In this document: positions 18,676 to 27,977 of the stretch, in pieces
Layout of the letters: each line of letters begins with the position of its first letter
Numbering within the stretch: position 1 is the stretch's first letter
Source: an uncultured bacterium
GTDB lineage: Bacteria > Patescibacteriota > Minisyncoccia > UBA6257 > 2-01-FULL-56-20
Reading direction: 5' to 3'
NCBI GenBank assembly: GCA_963696395.1
Contig: CAVOJZ010000002.1
Coordinates: 296,347 to 360,346 of the forward strand
DNA length: 64,000 nt
Program-made: the position numbers and the translations under genes
The notes under the pieces: model-generated
What the model was told of the DNA's origin: nothing
Databases searched by the model: none
What the model saw: only the letters and a program-made list of their open reading frames with translations

Positions 18676-19239
18676 ATGCCGGAAAACGTACCAATCAAAA
18701 GCCACCTCACGAAACTCGCCCTTCGCATGAAGCAAGGAAATCGAAAAGCTGCCGAAGAGCTATATGATGATTTAAGCAGAAAGGCATTCGGGTTTTTCTA
18801 TACCCGCACGGGTAGCCGTGAAGTTGCGGAAGACCTCTCTCAGGATATTTTCGTTCGACTAGTTAAAAGAATCGAAAGCTTTGACGAGGAAAAAGGAAGG
18901 TTCGAGGTTTGGTTCTGGCGCATCGCGAGAAATATGCTCGTGGACCACTACCGACTAAAGAAGGCGACGCCGTTTTCGGCTTTCCCGGATCAAACCCTGG
19001 AAGCCATATCCGTGACTCACGAGCCCGATATTGACGATCGTCTCCAGTATCAAAAAGTGCAGGAGTACGTAAAGAAAATGGGAGAGAAAGAATATAAACT
19101 TTTTGAATTAAGATATGTCGCACAAATGGCGTATCGTGATATGAGCAAATTGCTTGGAAGATCCGAAGGATCGCTCCGGATCGCACTCATGCGCATAAGA
19201 GAAAAAATTCGGGACGAACTGACTCCCGTGTTGGCTTAA
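18676..19239 (+). CDS. RNA polymerase sigma-70 family (ECF-type) sigma factor
   Basis: A sigma-2 region (EDLSQDIFVRLVKRIESFD..FEVWFWRIARNMLVDHYR) and a sigma-4 HTH (YRDMSKLLGRSEGSLRIALMRIREKI) are present. Confidence 0.8.
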   Translation: MPENVPIKSHLTKLALRMKQGNRKAAEELYDDLSRKAFGFFYTRTGSREVAEDLSQDIFVRLVKRIESFDEEKGRFEVWFWRIARNMLVDHYRLKKATPFSAFPDQTLEAISVTHEPDIDDRLQYQKVQEYVKKMGEKEYKLFELRYVAQMAYRDMSKLLGRSEGSLRIALMRIREKIRDELTPVLA

Positions 19240-19244
19240 ACTTT

Positions 19245-19514
19245 GTGCCCGGGGTGGGATTCTCACTGCTCGGCCGATAAGATCGGCCTGCGCTTGCGGC
19301 ACCCTCGGTGCCGCACTGTCGCGTAAGAACGCGACCCTCCTACACGGAGGGGAAGTATCCCCTCCGACCCACGCCTCTGTTCGATTCCCTCCCAAAGACA
19401 CACAAGATTTCCTTTCTCCTTTTCAGGGCTTCTCGGAGGCACGTAGGTGCCGAGAGAGAGTGCTCGGCCAGCAGGCCGAGACACGTCCCTGAAAAGGAGA
19501 AAGGAAATCTGTTA
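19245..19514. other. Structured non-coding insert downstream of tRNA-Leu(TAA), bounded by an 18-nt direct repeat of the tRNA 3' end
   Basis: GTGCCCGGGGTGGGATTC occurs at 19245-19262 and again at 19515-19532, inside the tRNA. Between them lies a chain of perfect hairpins, with stems at 19270-19286, 19300-19318, 19325-19342 and 19347-19365. A 23-bp inverted repeat (19405-19427 pairing with 19486-19508) closes the region. Confidence 0.6.
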
Positions 19515-19515
19515 G

Positions 19516-19598
19516 TGCCCGGGGTGGGATTCGAACCCACATGAGCTTTCGCTCACACCATTTTAAGTGGTGCGCGTAAACCGTTCCGCCACCCGGGC
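19516..19598 (-). tRNA. tRNA-Leu(TAA), class II. CCA is not encoded.
   Basis: The reverse complement GCCCGGGTGGCGGAACGGTTTACGCGCACCACTTAAAATGGTGTGAGCGAAAGCTCATGTGGGTTCGAATCCCACCCCGGGCA has a perfect acceptor stem, anticodon loop CTTAAAA and a long variable arm. Confidence 0.82.
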
Positions 19599-19642
19599 GC
19601 TCAAATTACTTCTTGCAGTCTAAAATAATTCCGACGTAATGA

Positions 19643-19677
19643 CAAACAAAAAAAAGCAGCCCGACAAGTCGAGCTGC
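19643..19677 (-). terminator. Rho-independent terminator for the small ORF 19700-19918
   Basis: A hairpin (gcagc..gctgc) is followed on the minus strand by a T8 run. Confidence 0.6.
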
Positions 19678-19699
19678 GCGAGGCACATTGTGCAGAACT

Positions 19700-19918
19700 C
19701 TATTCATAGGCGCTCCACTCGTATGAAACCTCGCCTCTTTCCCGTTTTCTCACGGCAAAGTGATCGCCCTCCAGGAACGGCAGCTGTTCCTTACTCGCAA
19801 GAGCGATATCGAAGTCAGCTTGGCTTTCCCACGGTTTGAGGTTTTGAACAATCGGCTTGCCTTCCGGGGTAAATATAACGTTGTGATATTGTTTCCGCTC
19901 GGCTTCCGATTCCGCCAT
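19700..19918 (-). CDS. Hypothetical small protein (72 aa)
   Basis: An AGGAGA ribosome-binding site lies 7 nt upstream of the ATG, and the terminator lies downstream. No known domain was recognised. Confidence 0.45.
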   Translation of the reverse strand: MAESEAERKQYHNVIFTPEGKPIVQNLKPWESQADFDIALASKEQLPFLEGDHFAVRKRERGEVSYEWSAYE

Positions 19919-20082
19919 ACAATATCTCCTGGCACAAGGGAACTACTTAAATAGTAGCCCTCCTGCCCGAAAACGAAAGCCGAGAAATGCACAGCCCTCT
20001 TTATGAGGCCACGGCGGGAATCGCACCCGCGTATAACTCTTTTGCAGAGAGTCGCCTTGCTACTTGGCTACGTGGCCAAAAC

Positions 20083-20427
20083 TTATTCCTTTATAGTATC
20101 GTCTTCCTCCAACAATTTTTCAACTTTCGCCGCATTTTCAAGCCCGCGATCAAGCGCGAATACAATTCGCGGCATCGGCTTGATGTTCATCTTTTTATTC
20201 AAAAGATGCTGAAGGTGCCCGGCACTTGCACCGAGCATTTCGAAAATGTTTGCTTCTGCGGCCGCAGGCAGGACACTCACGTTCACTGTGGCGTGCTCAA
20301 GTTTCTTATCAACCTCAACGCTCGTGATGGTGGCAAGTGCACCATTGAATTCAAGCTCACGGATAATGAGCTTCCCAAGTTCCTCGCGTATTAATTTGCT
20401 CACGCGATCGGCGCGGTAAAAACGCAT
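20083..20427 (-). CDS. rbfA: Ribosome-binding factor A
   Basis: MRFYRADRVSKLIREELGKLI..ATITSVEVDKKLEHATVNVSVL is the RbfA KH-like fold. The ORF track extends to 20490, but the internal Met at 20427 is the likelier start. Confidence 0.8.
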   Translation of the reverse strand: MRFYRADRVSKLIREELGKLIIRELEFNGALATITSVEVDKKLEHATVNVSVLPAAAEANIFEMLGASAGHLQHLLNKKMNIKPMPRIVFALDRGLENAAKVEKLLEEDDTIKE

Positions 20428-20434
20428 CGAAAAA

Positions 20435-21955
20435 TTACTTGCGTACGATAATTTTATCCCCGGCGTTGATCTTGGTATGCGATTGCACAAGGAGCCCGAT
20501 CTCCTTCCCTTTTTCCGCCTGGGTTATTTCGCTCTTTTTTTCGCGCAATTCAAGAATGCGGCCGTCGCCAACTTTTTCTTTTTGGGCGTCGGCATTCGTG
20601 CCTGCGGCCCGCAAAATTTCGAATGACGCTTTCGCGCGGACGACACCTGAAATGACACGGCCGCCTACGAGCTGTTTGTCGAGCCGCTCCTGATTGAAAA
20701 CGGCGAGCACCTCGAGGTCTCCGAGCGCCGCCGGGCCACGGGCGCCGGATAAATATTCTTCAACGGCTTTCTGGAGATCGTAGACAATGTCGGACGTGAT
20801 AATCGAAATTTGGTGGGCATCGGCGAGCGTTTTCGCCCCTTTCTCGGTTTTATTTTTGAAGCCGATAATCGTGGCGGCAGTTGCAAGCGCATGCTTTACG
20901 TCGCCGTCCGTGATATCCCCTACCGCCTCATCAACAATATTCACGGCTTTGCCGCCCATTTGATCCATGCCGCGCAAAACCAACGATAACGCTTCAAGCG
21001 AACCGCTATCGGATGACTTCAATATGAGATTGAGCGTATTCTTTTTTGCCTCGCCAAGACGTCCCATTGTTTTTCCCGCAGCATTATTCGGCACATGATG
21101 GGTCGCGGCGATCGTGACACGTTCGGCGACGCCCGCTTCACCGACCAAAAATTCCTCGCCGACAGCCGGCAATGTTTCGAGGCCGATAATTACCGCCGGA
21201 GCGGATGGCTCAAGTTCCAACACCGGTTTCCCCAAAAAGTTTTCCAAAATTTTCACTTTTCCGTGAGCGCTTACGGTTTTCACCGGATCACCGCGATGCA
21301 ATGTTCCATTTTTGAGAATAACGCTCGCCTCAATGCCGCGGCGCGAATCACGGCGCGCCTCGAGAACAAATCCCGAAGCGGGCGCGGTGGCGTCATATTT
21401 TAAATCCTCGAGATCGGCGGACAAAACTATGAGGTCGAGGAGATCCGAAACCCCCTCGCCGTTTTTTGCCGAAACGCCATGGAAGCTCACCTGCCCTCCA
21501 AAGCCTTCAAGCAGAACGCCGGCAGCCATAAGATCGTTGCGGGCCTTATCGATCGAGCCGCCGGTCTTATCAATTTTATTGAACGCAACGATGAAAGGCG
21601 TCTTTGCTTCCCCTATTATCTTGATAGCTTCTTTGGTTTGCGTCTTGATGCCTTCATCCGCGGCGACAACCAGAATCGCAAGATCCGCAACCTGCGCACC
21701 GCGCGAGCGCATCGAAGTGAACGCCTCGTGGCCGGGCGTATCTATGAAGGTAATTTTTCTGCCGGCGTGCTCAATCTCATACGCACCTACAGCCTGAGTG
21801 ATACCGCCCGCTTCGCGTCCGGCAATATTCGCTTTGCGGATGTAATCGAGCAACGTCGTCTTGCCATGGTCAACATGGCCCATCACAACAACGATTGGAG
21901 GTCGAGTCTTAAGTCCCGCAGTTATTGGAGCATTTTTCGCGGTAGTATTTGCCAT
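20435..21955 (-). CDS. infB: Translation initiation factor IF-2 (short form lacking the N-terminal extension)
   Basis: The G domain motifs VVVMGHVDHGKTTLLD and DTPGHEAF are present, followed by the IF-2 beta-barrel domains. Confidence 0.93.
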   Translation of the reverse strand: MANTTAKNAPITAGLKTRPPIVVVMGHVDHGKTTLLDYIRKANIAGREAGGITQAVGAYEIEHAGRKITFIDTPGHEAFTSMRSRGAQVADLAILVVAADEGIKTQTKEAIKIIGEAKTPFIVAFNKIDKTGGSIDKARNDLMAAGVLLEGFGGQVSFHGVSAKNGEGVSDLLDLIVLSADLEDLKYDATAPASGFVLEARRDSRRGIEASVILKNGTLHRGDPVKTVSAHGKVKILENFLGKPVLELEPSAPAVIIGLETLPAVGEEFLVGEAGVAERVTIAATHHVPNNAAGKTMGRLGEAKKNTLNLILKSSDSGSLEALSLVLRGMDQMGGKAVNIVDEAVGDITDGDVKHALATAATIIGFKNKTEKGAKTLADAHQISIITSDIVYDLQKAVEEYLSGARGPAALGDLEVLAVFNQERLDKQLVGGRVISGVVRAKASFEILRAAGTNADAQKEKVGDGRILELREKKSEITQAEKGKEIGLLVQSHTKINAGDKIIVRK

Positions 21956-22016
21956 GGGGATAGAAAGTATCCATCGATACCACGCTATTATAGCATTAAA
22001 AATCGATTAAAACAAC

Positions 22017-23099
22017 CTATTCTTTCCCGACCGCTTCGCTTACGTTGCTGTATCCATCGCGCTTTAAAAGTTCCACCAATCCTTTATTGATCCGCTTCAC
22101 TGCCATCGGACCACCGTAAATGAGGCCGGTAATAATCTGCACGAGCGATGCGCCGGCTTTGATTTTTTCATAGGCATCTTCGGCGGTAAAAACACCGCCA
22201 AGGCCGATGATCACATACTTGCCGTGCGTCTTCTTGTATATATGGCGGATCAGATTTGTTGACAGCTCGCGTACCGGCGCCCCGGAGATGCCGCCGGCGG
22301 GAATTTTATCAAGTTCAGCCGGCGAAGACTTGAGGTTTAATTCGTGGCGGCGCTTTGAAAGATTGCCGACAATGAACCCATCCACAAAATCATATTTTTT
22401 TACAACGGCGAGGATTTCATCCACTTCAGCCTCGCTCAAGTGGGTTGAGATTTTTAAAAATATCGGACAATACTTTTTTTCGCGGGAAAATCCTTCAAGG
22501 AGTTCATCGAGTAGTTTTGGGTCCTGAAACATGCAGCCGTCCTGGGCGTTCGGACATGAAACGTTGAGCGTCGCGTATGCAAAGTGCTGAGCGAGGAGCC
22601 GGTAGGTCTCCACATAATCCTCGACCGATTTCTTCCCTTTGATGTCCGCGCGATTGGTCTTTGCGATATTCAATCCCACGGGAAATGAAAACTTCTGATG
22701 TCGCAGCTTGCTTTCGATTGCTTCGGCGCCGATATTCTTCAAACCGTAATACACGATGAGCGATCGATCCTTCGGCAGACGGGCAAGGCGCAAACCCTCA
22801 TTACCTTCGTAAGGATACCGCGTGACGGCGCCGACTTCCATAAATCCGAAGCCCACCGCCGGCATGATCCTCGTGAGATTCACGTCTTTATCAAAGCCCG
22901 CCGCGAGACCGATTGGGTTTTTGAATGAAATGCCGAGAACATTCGTGCGCAACATCGGATTGCTATATCTGCAGAACGCTCCGACAATCCATCGTCCCCA
23001 ATGGAAATTGCCAAGCATGTGCCCGGTTTCTACAAAAAAATCATGGACGCTTTCGGGATCGAATCGGAAAAGGATTGGTTTAAGGATATATTCGTACAT
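22017..23099 (-). CDS. pyrD: Dihydroorotate dehydrogenase (quinone), class 2
   Basis: It has the class-2 amphipathic N-terminal extension and the PyrD core (GLAAGFDKD..GFMEVGAVT..SCPN). Confidence 0.9.
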   Translation of the reverse strand: MYEYILKPILFRFDPESVHDFFVETGHMLGNFHWGRWIVGAFCRYSNPMLRTNVLGISFKNPIGLAAGFDKDVNLTRIMPAVGFGFMEVGAVTRYPYEGNEGLRLARLPKDRSLIVYYGLKNIGAEAIESKLRHQKFSFPVGLNIAKTNRADIKGKKSVEDYVETYRLLAQHFAYATLNVSCPNAQDGCMFQDPKLLDELLEGFSREKKYCPIFLKISTHLSEAEVDEILAVVKKYDFVDGFIVGNLSKRRHELNLKSSPAELDKIPAGGISGAPVRELSTNLIRHIYKKTHGKYVIIGLGGVFTAEDAYEKIKAGASLVQIITGLIYGGPMAVKRINKGLVELLKRDGYSNVSEAVGKE

Positions 23100-23108
23100 G
23101 GGCGAAAA

Positions 23109-23678
23109 TTAATATTCAATGCCTCTGCGTGCCGGCACGTTAGCCTGCGTCCGAAACGGATGCCATACGTCTTCATAATTCGTGATGAGATCAGCCCGTG
23201 CCAAAATTTCCGAATGCGCGTGGCGGCCGGTGAAAAGAAGATCAACCGTGGAAGGCGCGGCATCAAGAAACTCCACGACGCTTTCGAGAGTGACAAGCTT
23301 AAGATCGAGCGCGACGTTCAACTCATCGAGAACGAGAAGGTCGTAATTACCGGAAAGCATGGCTTCCTTCGCTTTCGCAAGAGCTTTGACCGCCGCAGCC
23401 TGATGTTTTGCAAATGGAAGCTTGTCCCCGAGGATACCCACGAAACCGAGTCCGGCTTTTTCAAAATGCAGCCTGGGCTCAAACGCACCCAAAACCCCGT
23501 CCTCCCCGCTCGGCGATTTTTTACACTTGATAAATTGAATTACAAAAACCCGCTTCCCCGCTCCGAGAGCGCGAATCGCCTGGCCGATAGCGGCAGTGGT
23601 TTTCCCTTTGCCGTTGCCCGTAAAAACGATAAGCATATGTCTTAATATCCATTGTGACTCCATCCACAGAGCAAACAA
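23109..23678 (-). CDS. Cob(I)yrinic acid a,c-diamide / cob(I)alamin adenosyltransferase (CobA/CobO/BtuR family)
   Basis: The P-loop FTGNGKGKTTAA is present, together with the VLDELNVAL..LFTGRHA signature. Confidence 0.8.
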   Translation of the reverse strand: MFALWMESQWILRHMLIVFTGNGKGKTTAAIGQAIRALGAGKRVFVIQFIKCKKSPSGEDGVLGAFEPRLHFEKAGLGFVGILGDKLPFAKHQAAAVKALAKAKEAMLSGNYDLLVLDELNVALDLKLVTLESVVEFLDAAPSTVDLLFTGRHAHSEILARADLITNYEDVWHPFRTQANVPARRGIEY

Positions 23679-23901
23679 TACTTGTGATATGGCAAAAGCA
23701 TCTTAAAAACACCGATTATATCTAGCGTAATAACCATGGTGCTTCGCGGGCATGTCCTCACATAAAAAATGATGTCAGCATTGTTGTCAGTTTTTATCAC
23801 CGTGAAAAACAATTTTCTTCGGGATTCATTTACCGTTCCCGTGACCACCCCCGATCCCGGCCGGCTATCCACAGGAAAACGATTTTACAACGGAGGTTCG
23901 G

Positions 23902-26208
23902 ATGCTTTACTCATTAGACCCTCCTATGAAAAACATAAACCATTCGTTCGTGAGCGTGCGTAAGCGGGACGGTCGAATTGTTCCCTTTGACCAGGCAAAA
24001 ATTACCAATGCCATCGCGAAAGCGATGCACGTGACGGGCGAAACGGCCTCGAAAGACGACGCGGAAAAAGTGTCCGAACAGGTTCTCTCGGCGCTCGTTA
24101 AGAAATATCCTTCGGAACACGTTCCCACCATCGAAGAAATTCAGGATGTGGTGGAAACGGAGCTCATCGTGATGGATTATCCGAAAACCGCGAAGGCGTA
24201 CATCCTTTACCGCAACGATCGCTCACGCGTCCGTGAAAAAAAGCAGGAAATTCCGGAACGGGTCCGGACGCTCGCCGAAGCAAGCAAGCAATATTTCAAA
24301 AATCAGCTCGCGGAGTTCGTCTATTATAGAACATATTCAAAATGGATCCCCGAGGAAGGGCGGCGCGAGACATGGATCGAGACCATCGACCGCTATATCG
24401 GTTTCATGAAGGAAAACTTGGGCGATAAATTGACGGACGCCGAATATGCGGAGGTGCGCGAAGCAATTTTGAAACAGGAAGCAATGCCTTCGATGCGCCT
24501 CCTGCAATTCGCCGGCCCCGCAGCGCGCACCACGAATGTCTGCGCGTTCAACTGTTCGTATATCGCGCCGCAACAACTCAAAGATTTTGCCGAGATCATG
24601 TACATCTCGATGTGCGGCACGGGCGTGGGCTTCTCCGTGGAAAGCCAAAACGTCCAGCAGCTCCCGCAAATCAAAAAACAGGCCGGCAAAAAACTGCCGA
24701 CTCACGTCATCGCGGACAGCAAAGAAGGATGGTGTGCGGCACTCACGCTCGGCCTTGAAACCTGGTTCGACGGCAAGGATATTGAATTTGATTTCTCACA
24801 ATTACGCCCGGCAGGTGCCCGATTAAAGACGATGGGCGGCAAAAGCTCCGGTCCTGAACCGCTCCGCTCACTTCTTGCCTTCGCCCGCGCAAAAATCATG
24901 CGCCGACAGGGACGTCGCCTTTCGAACATCGACGTGCATGACATCTGCTGCAAGATTGGCGAGATTGTTGTTTCGGGCGGTGTACGGCGGAGTGCCATGA
25001 TCTCACTCTCCGATCTCGATGATCCGGAGATGCGGAATGCAAAAACCGGACAATTTTACTTCACGGAATCCCAACGCTCGATGGCAAACAACTCTGCCGT
25101 CTATACCGAAAAACCGAACTCAACCGAGTTTCTTGATGAGTGGATGTCGCTTGCAAAGAGCGGCACCGGCGAGCGCGGGATCTTCAATCGCGGGAGCCTC
25201 GTATACCAGATGCCCAAGCGGCGCCTGAAAGCGCTTCCAAAAGATGCGATCAATAAGATCGGCACGAACCCCTGTGGCGAAATCCTTTTGCAACCAAAGC
25301 AATTCTGCAATCTCTCCGAAGTTGTTGCGCGCGCGGAAGACACCGAAGAGTCGCTCATGCGCAAGATGCGCGTTGCAGCCATTCTCGGCACGTACCAGTC
25401 AACGCTCACCCACTTCCCTTTCCTTTCCAAGGAATGGGCTCAAAACTGCGATAAAGAGCGGCTTCTCGGCGTCTCGATCACCGGCCAGTGGGACTGCCCG
25501 GCCGTCCGCAATGCCGACATCCTCCAGCGCTTACGGGATCGCGCCATCGCAGTCAACGCCGAATACGCCAAACGGTTTGGCATTAACGCCTCCACTTCAA
25601 TCACCTGCGTTAAGCCCTCCGGCACCGTCTCCCAGACCGTTGATGCGGCTTCCGGTCTTCATGCCCGCCATGCCGCCTACTACATCCGCCGTGTGCGCAT
25701 CTCGGGCACCGACTCGCTCTTCCAGATGATGAAAGACCAGAAAGTCCCCTACTTCCCCGAAGTCGGACAATCGCTTTCATCCGCAAGCACTTATGTTTTT
25801 GAATTCCCGGTGAAAGCTCCTGAAGGCGCAACCACCAAAGACGACATTTCCGCGCTCGATCAACTTGAATATTGGAAAACGGTGAAAGTGAATTACACAG
25901 AACATAATCCTTCGGTAACCATATCGGTCGGACCGAATGAATGGGTCGCCGTTGCCAATTGGTTGTATGAAAACTGGGACATGATCGGCGGACTCTCTTT
26001 CCTCCCGCGTGAAGAACATGCCTACCTCCTCGCGCCGTATGAAGAAATCACGAAAGAGCGCTACGAGGAAATGGTTTCGAAGATGCCGTTAATCGATTTC
26101 GCGCAAATCCTGCTCTACGAGCACGAGGACACGACCGACGTGAAGAAAGAACTCGCCTGCGTTGGCGGTGTGTGCGAAATCGAAGAGACTCCGGCGGTAG
26201 TAAAATAA
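23902..26208 (+). CDS. nrdJ: Adenosylcobalamin-dependent ribonucleotide reductase (class II, NrdJ) with an N-terminal ATP-cone
   Basis: The ATP-cone (VRKRDGRIVPFDQAKITNAI) is followed by the RNR class II core, including the thiyl-radical region NPCGEI and a C-terminal Cys pair. Confidence 0.9.
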   Translation: MLYSLDPPMKNINHSFVSVRKRDGRIVPFDQAKITNAIAKAMHVTGETASKDDAEKVSEQVLSALVKKYPSEHVPTIEEIQDVVETELIVMDYPKTAKAYILYRNDRSRVREKKQEIPERVRTLAEASKQYFKNQLAEFVYYRTYSKWIPEEGRRETWIETIDRYIGFMKENLGDKLTDAEYAEVREAILKQEAMPSMRLLQFAGPAARTTNVCAFNCSYIAPQQLKDFAEIMYISMCGTGVGFSVESQNVQQLPQIKKQAGKKLPTHVIADSKEGWCAALTLGLETWFDGKDIEFDFSQLRPAGARLKTMGGKSSGPEPLRSLLAFARAKIMRRQGRRLSNIDVHDICCKIGEIVVSGGVRRSAMISLSDLDDPEMRNAKTGQFYFTESQRSMANNSAVYTEKPNSTEFLDEWMSLAKSGTGERGIFNRGSLVYQMPKRRLKALPKDAINKIGTNPCGEILLQPKQFCNLSEVVARAEDTEESLMRKMRVAAILGTYQSTLTHFPFLSKEWAQNCDKERLLGVSITGQWDCPAVRNADILQRLRDRAIAVNAEYAKRFGINASTSITCVKPSGTVSQTVDAASGLHARHAAYYIRRVRISGTDSLFQMMKDQKVPYFPEVGQSLSSASTYVFEFPVKAPEGATTKDDISALDQLEYWKTVKVNYTEHNPSVTISVGPNEWVAVANWLYENWDMIGGLSFLPREEHAYLLAPYEEITKERYEEMVSKMPLIDFAQILLYEHEDTTDVKKELACVGGVCEIEETPAVVK

Positions 26209-26210
26209 AA

Positions 26211-27188
26211 TTATAGCTCTTCAGTGTTTGACAGGAATCGCTCCGTGATTTCTTTCACTTGCGCGGCATTTTTGGTCTCCATCAATTCAATTCTTAATTC
26301 CTTCGCGCCATCGAAACCGGAGCAATACGCTTTGTAATGTTTTTTCATCACGTCAAAGTTCTTGATGCGCTCCCCGCGGCCGGCGTTACTCTTATAGGTT
26401 TGCTCGAAAAGTTCCGTATGCCGCACCATGCGCTCAAGTTTCTCGCGGAGTGAAGGCGTGTGCCCGGTGAAGAACCACGGATTGCCGAATATCCCGCGAC
26501 CGATCATGACGCCGTCCATGCCGGACGAGGCGATTTTTTCACCGGCGCTATCAAGCGTATCCACGTCGCCGTTGCCGAGAACGAGTGTTTGCGGCGCGAT
26601 GCGATCGCGCAGGGCAACGATCCGCGGCGCAAGATCCCAATGCGCAGCCGTGTCGGACATTTCATTGCGCGTACGCAGATGCACCGTGAGGGCGGCGAGA
26701 TCCTCCTGAAGCAATGCGGGGATCCATTCGTCTGTCTGATCTTCTGCGTAGCCGATACGCGTCTTCACGGAAACAGGCATATCGTGAACGCCACGCTTCA
26801 GTGCGCGAATAATCTCACGGGCACGATCAATGTCTTTTATGAGAGCGGCGCCCGCGCCGGACTTCTCCACGCCACGGTCAGGACAGCCCATATTGATGTC
26901 CACGCCATCGAAACCGAGATCCCGCATCAAAGGACCAACCTCTTCGAATTGTTCAGGCCTCCCGCCGAAAATCTGAGCCACAATCGGGTGTTCGTCCTCG
27001 CCATACCAAAGGTCCGGCAGGAGCTTTGCCCGACCCCTGCTTAAAAGGCCTTCAATGGACACGAATTCGGTCCAGAACACGTCCGGACGACCGACTTCGG
27101 CAAACATACGCCGAAAAACCGCGTCGGTTACGTTGGCCATCGGGGCGATGGCGAGGATGGGCTTCTTGAGCTTTTTCCAAAATGACAT
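26211..27188 (-). CDS. tRNA-dihydrouridine synthase
   Basis: AIAPMANVTD..FDGVDINMGCP..VSVKTRIG matches the Dus TIM-barrel signature. Confidence 0.88.
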   Translation of the reverse strand: MSFWKKLKKPILAIAPMANVTDAVFRRMFAEVGRPDVFWTEFVSIEGLLSRGRAKLLPDLWYGEDEHPIVAQIFGGRPEQFEEVGPLMRDLGFDGVDINMGCPDRGVEKSGAGAALIKDIDRAREIIRALKRGVHDMPVSVKTRIGYAEDQTDEWIPALLQEDLAALTVHLRTRNEMSDTAAHWDLAPRIVALRDRIAPQTLVLGNGDVDTLDSAGEKIASSGMDGVMIGRGIFGNPWFFTGHTPSLREKLERMVRHTELFEQTYKSNAGRGERIKNFDVMKKHYKAYCSGFDGAKELRIELMETKNAAQVKEITERFLSNTEEL

Positions 27189-27228
27189 AATATTAAAAAA
27201 CGTTTAAATAATGATACTATAGAACCAT

Positions 27229-27966
27229 ATGCATCTCCGCAACGTCATCGAACAACTCGGTTACTCCCCGCACGAGGTGTCGGTTTATCTGGCGGCCCTC
27301 GAACTCGGCGGCAGCACCGCAACCGAGATCGCCGAGAAGGCGCATCTGCCGCGCACGACCGCAAAGCTCATCATTGATTCCCTCCACAAGCGCGGACTCA
27401 TGAATGCGTATCTCCAACGCCGCAGGAAAGTATGGGCGGCGGAAAATCCCGAAAAGCTCCTCATTGATCTTCACGAAAGCGAGGCAGCGCTCAAACTCAT
27501 CATGCCCGAATTGCAATCGCTCCGCCATGACACCGGCGTCAAACCGACCCTGCGTGCCTACAGCGGCGCGCACGAAATCCGGCAGATCATGAACGACATC
27601 CTCGAAACCAAACATCACATCTCCGCAATCCTCTCCTGGGACGACTGGATCCGCACACTCGGCAAAAATTATATCGACGACTTCATCGAGTCGCGCACCC
27701 GTCGCTATCTCCGCATCCGACTGCTCACCACGAAAACAAAAACTTCGGTTGCGCTTAAAAATGAGGATGGCCAGGACATGCGCGCCACACAATTCCTGCA
27801 GGAATCTCTCGGCATCAATAATGCAAACTTTATTTACGGCAATAAAGTGGCGATCATCACGCTGAACACCAAGCGGCCCGTCGGCATATTAATAGAAGAT
27901 CAGGACATCCACCACACGATGGAAGTGCTTTTTGAAAGCCTTTGGCGCCAAAGCGGCGGAGTTTAA
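27229..27966 (+). CDS. TrmB-family HTH transcriptional regulator
   Basis: The N-terminal winged HTH (EVSVYLAALELGGSTATEIAEKAHLPRTTAKLIIDSLHKRGL) resembles the TrmB N-terminus. Confidence 0.55.
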   Translation: MHLRNVIEQLGYSPHEVSVYLAALELGGSTATEIAEKAHLPRTTAKLIIDSLHKRGLMNAYLQRRRKVWAAENPEKLLIDLHESEAALKLIMPELQSLRHDTGVKPTLRAYSGAHEIRQIMNDILETKHHISAILSWDDWIRTLGKNYIDDFIESRTRRYLRIRLLTTKTKTSVALKNEDGQDMRATQFLQESLGINNANFIYGNKVAIITLNTKRPVGILIEDQDIHHTMEVLFESLWRQSGGV

Positions 27967-27977
27967 ATTGAAATATA

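Noticed and set aside
19245-19514. Considered whether the structured region is tmRNA, RNase P RNA, SRP RNA, 6S RNA or a retron msr/msd
   Set aside because: There is no tag-peptide reading frame and no 5' segment able to pair with the tRNA-like 3' end, which rules out tmRNA. The P4 consensus elements (AGTCCGG / CCGGCTTA) are absent and the region is too short for RNase P. There is no SRP domain IV motif. No reverse transcriptase lies nearby, and the inverted repeat is spaced too closely for a retron. None of these fit, so it is left as an unclassified tRNA-associated element.
23700-23900. Possible cobalamin riboswitch upstream of nrdJ
   Set aside because: No B12-box-like element (..AGYCMGGAAGRCCTGCC..) or the conserved GGTGC/GCCACTG stems could be found by eye. 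Riboswitch control would also be atypical for a B12-dependent RNR.
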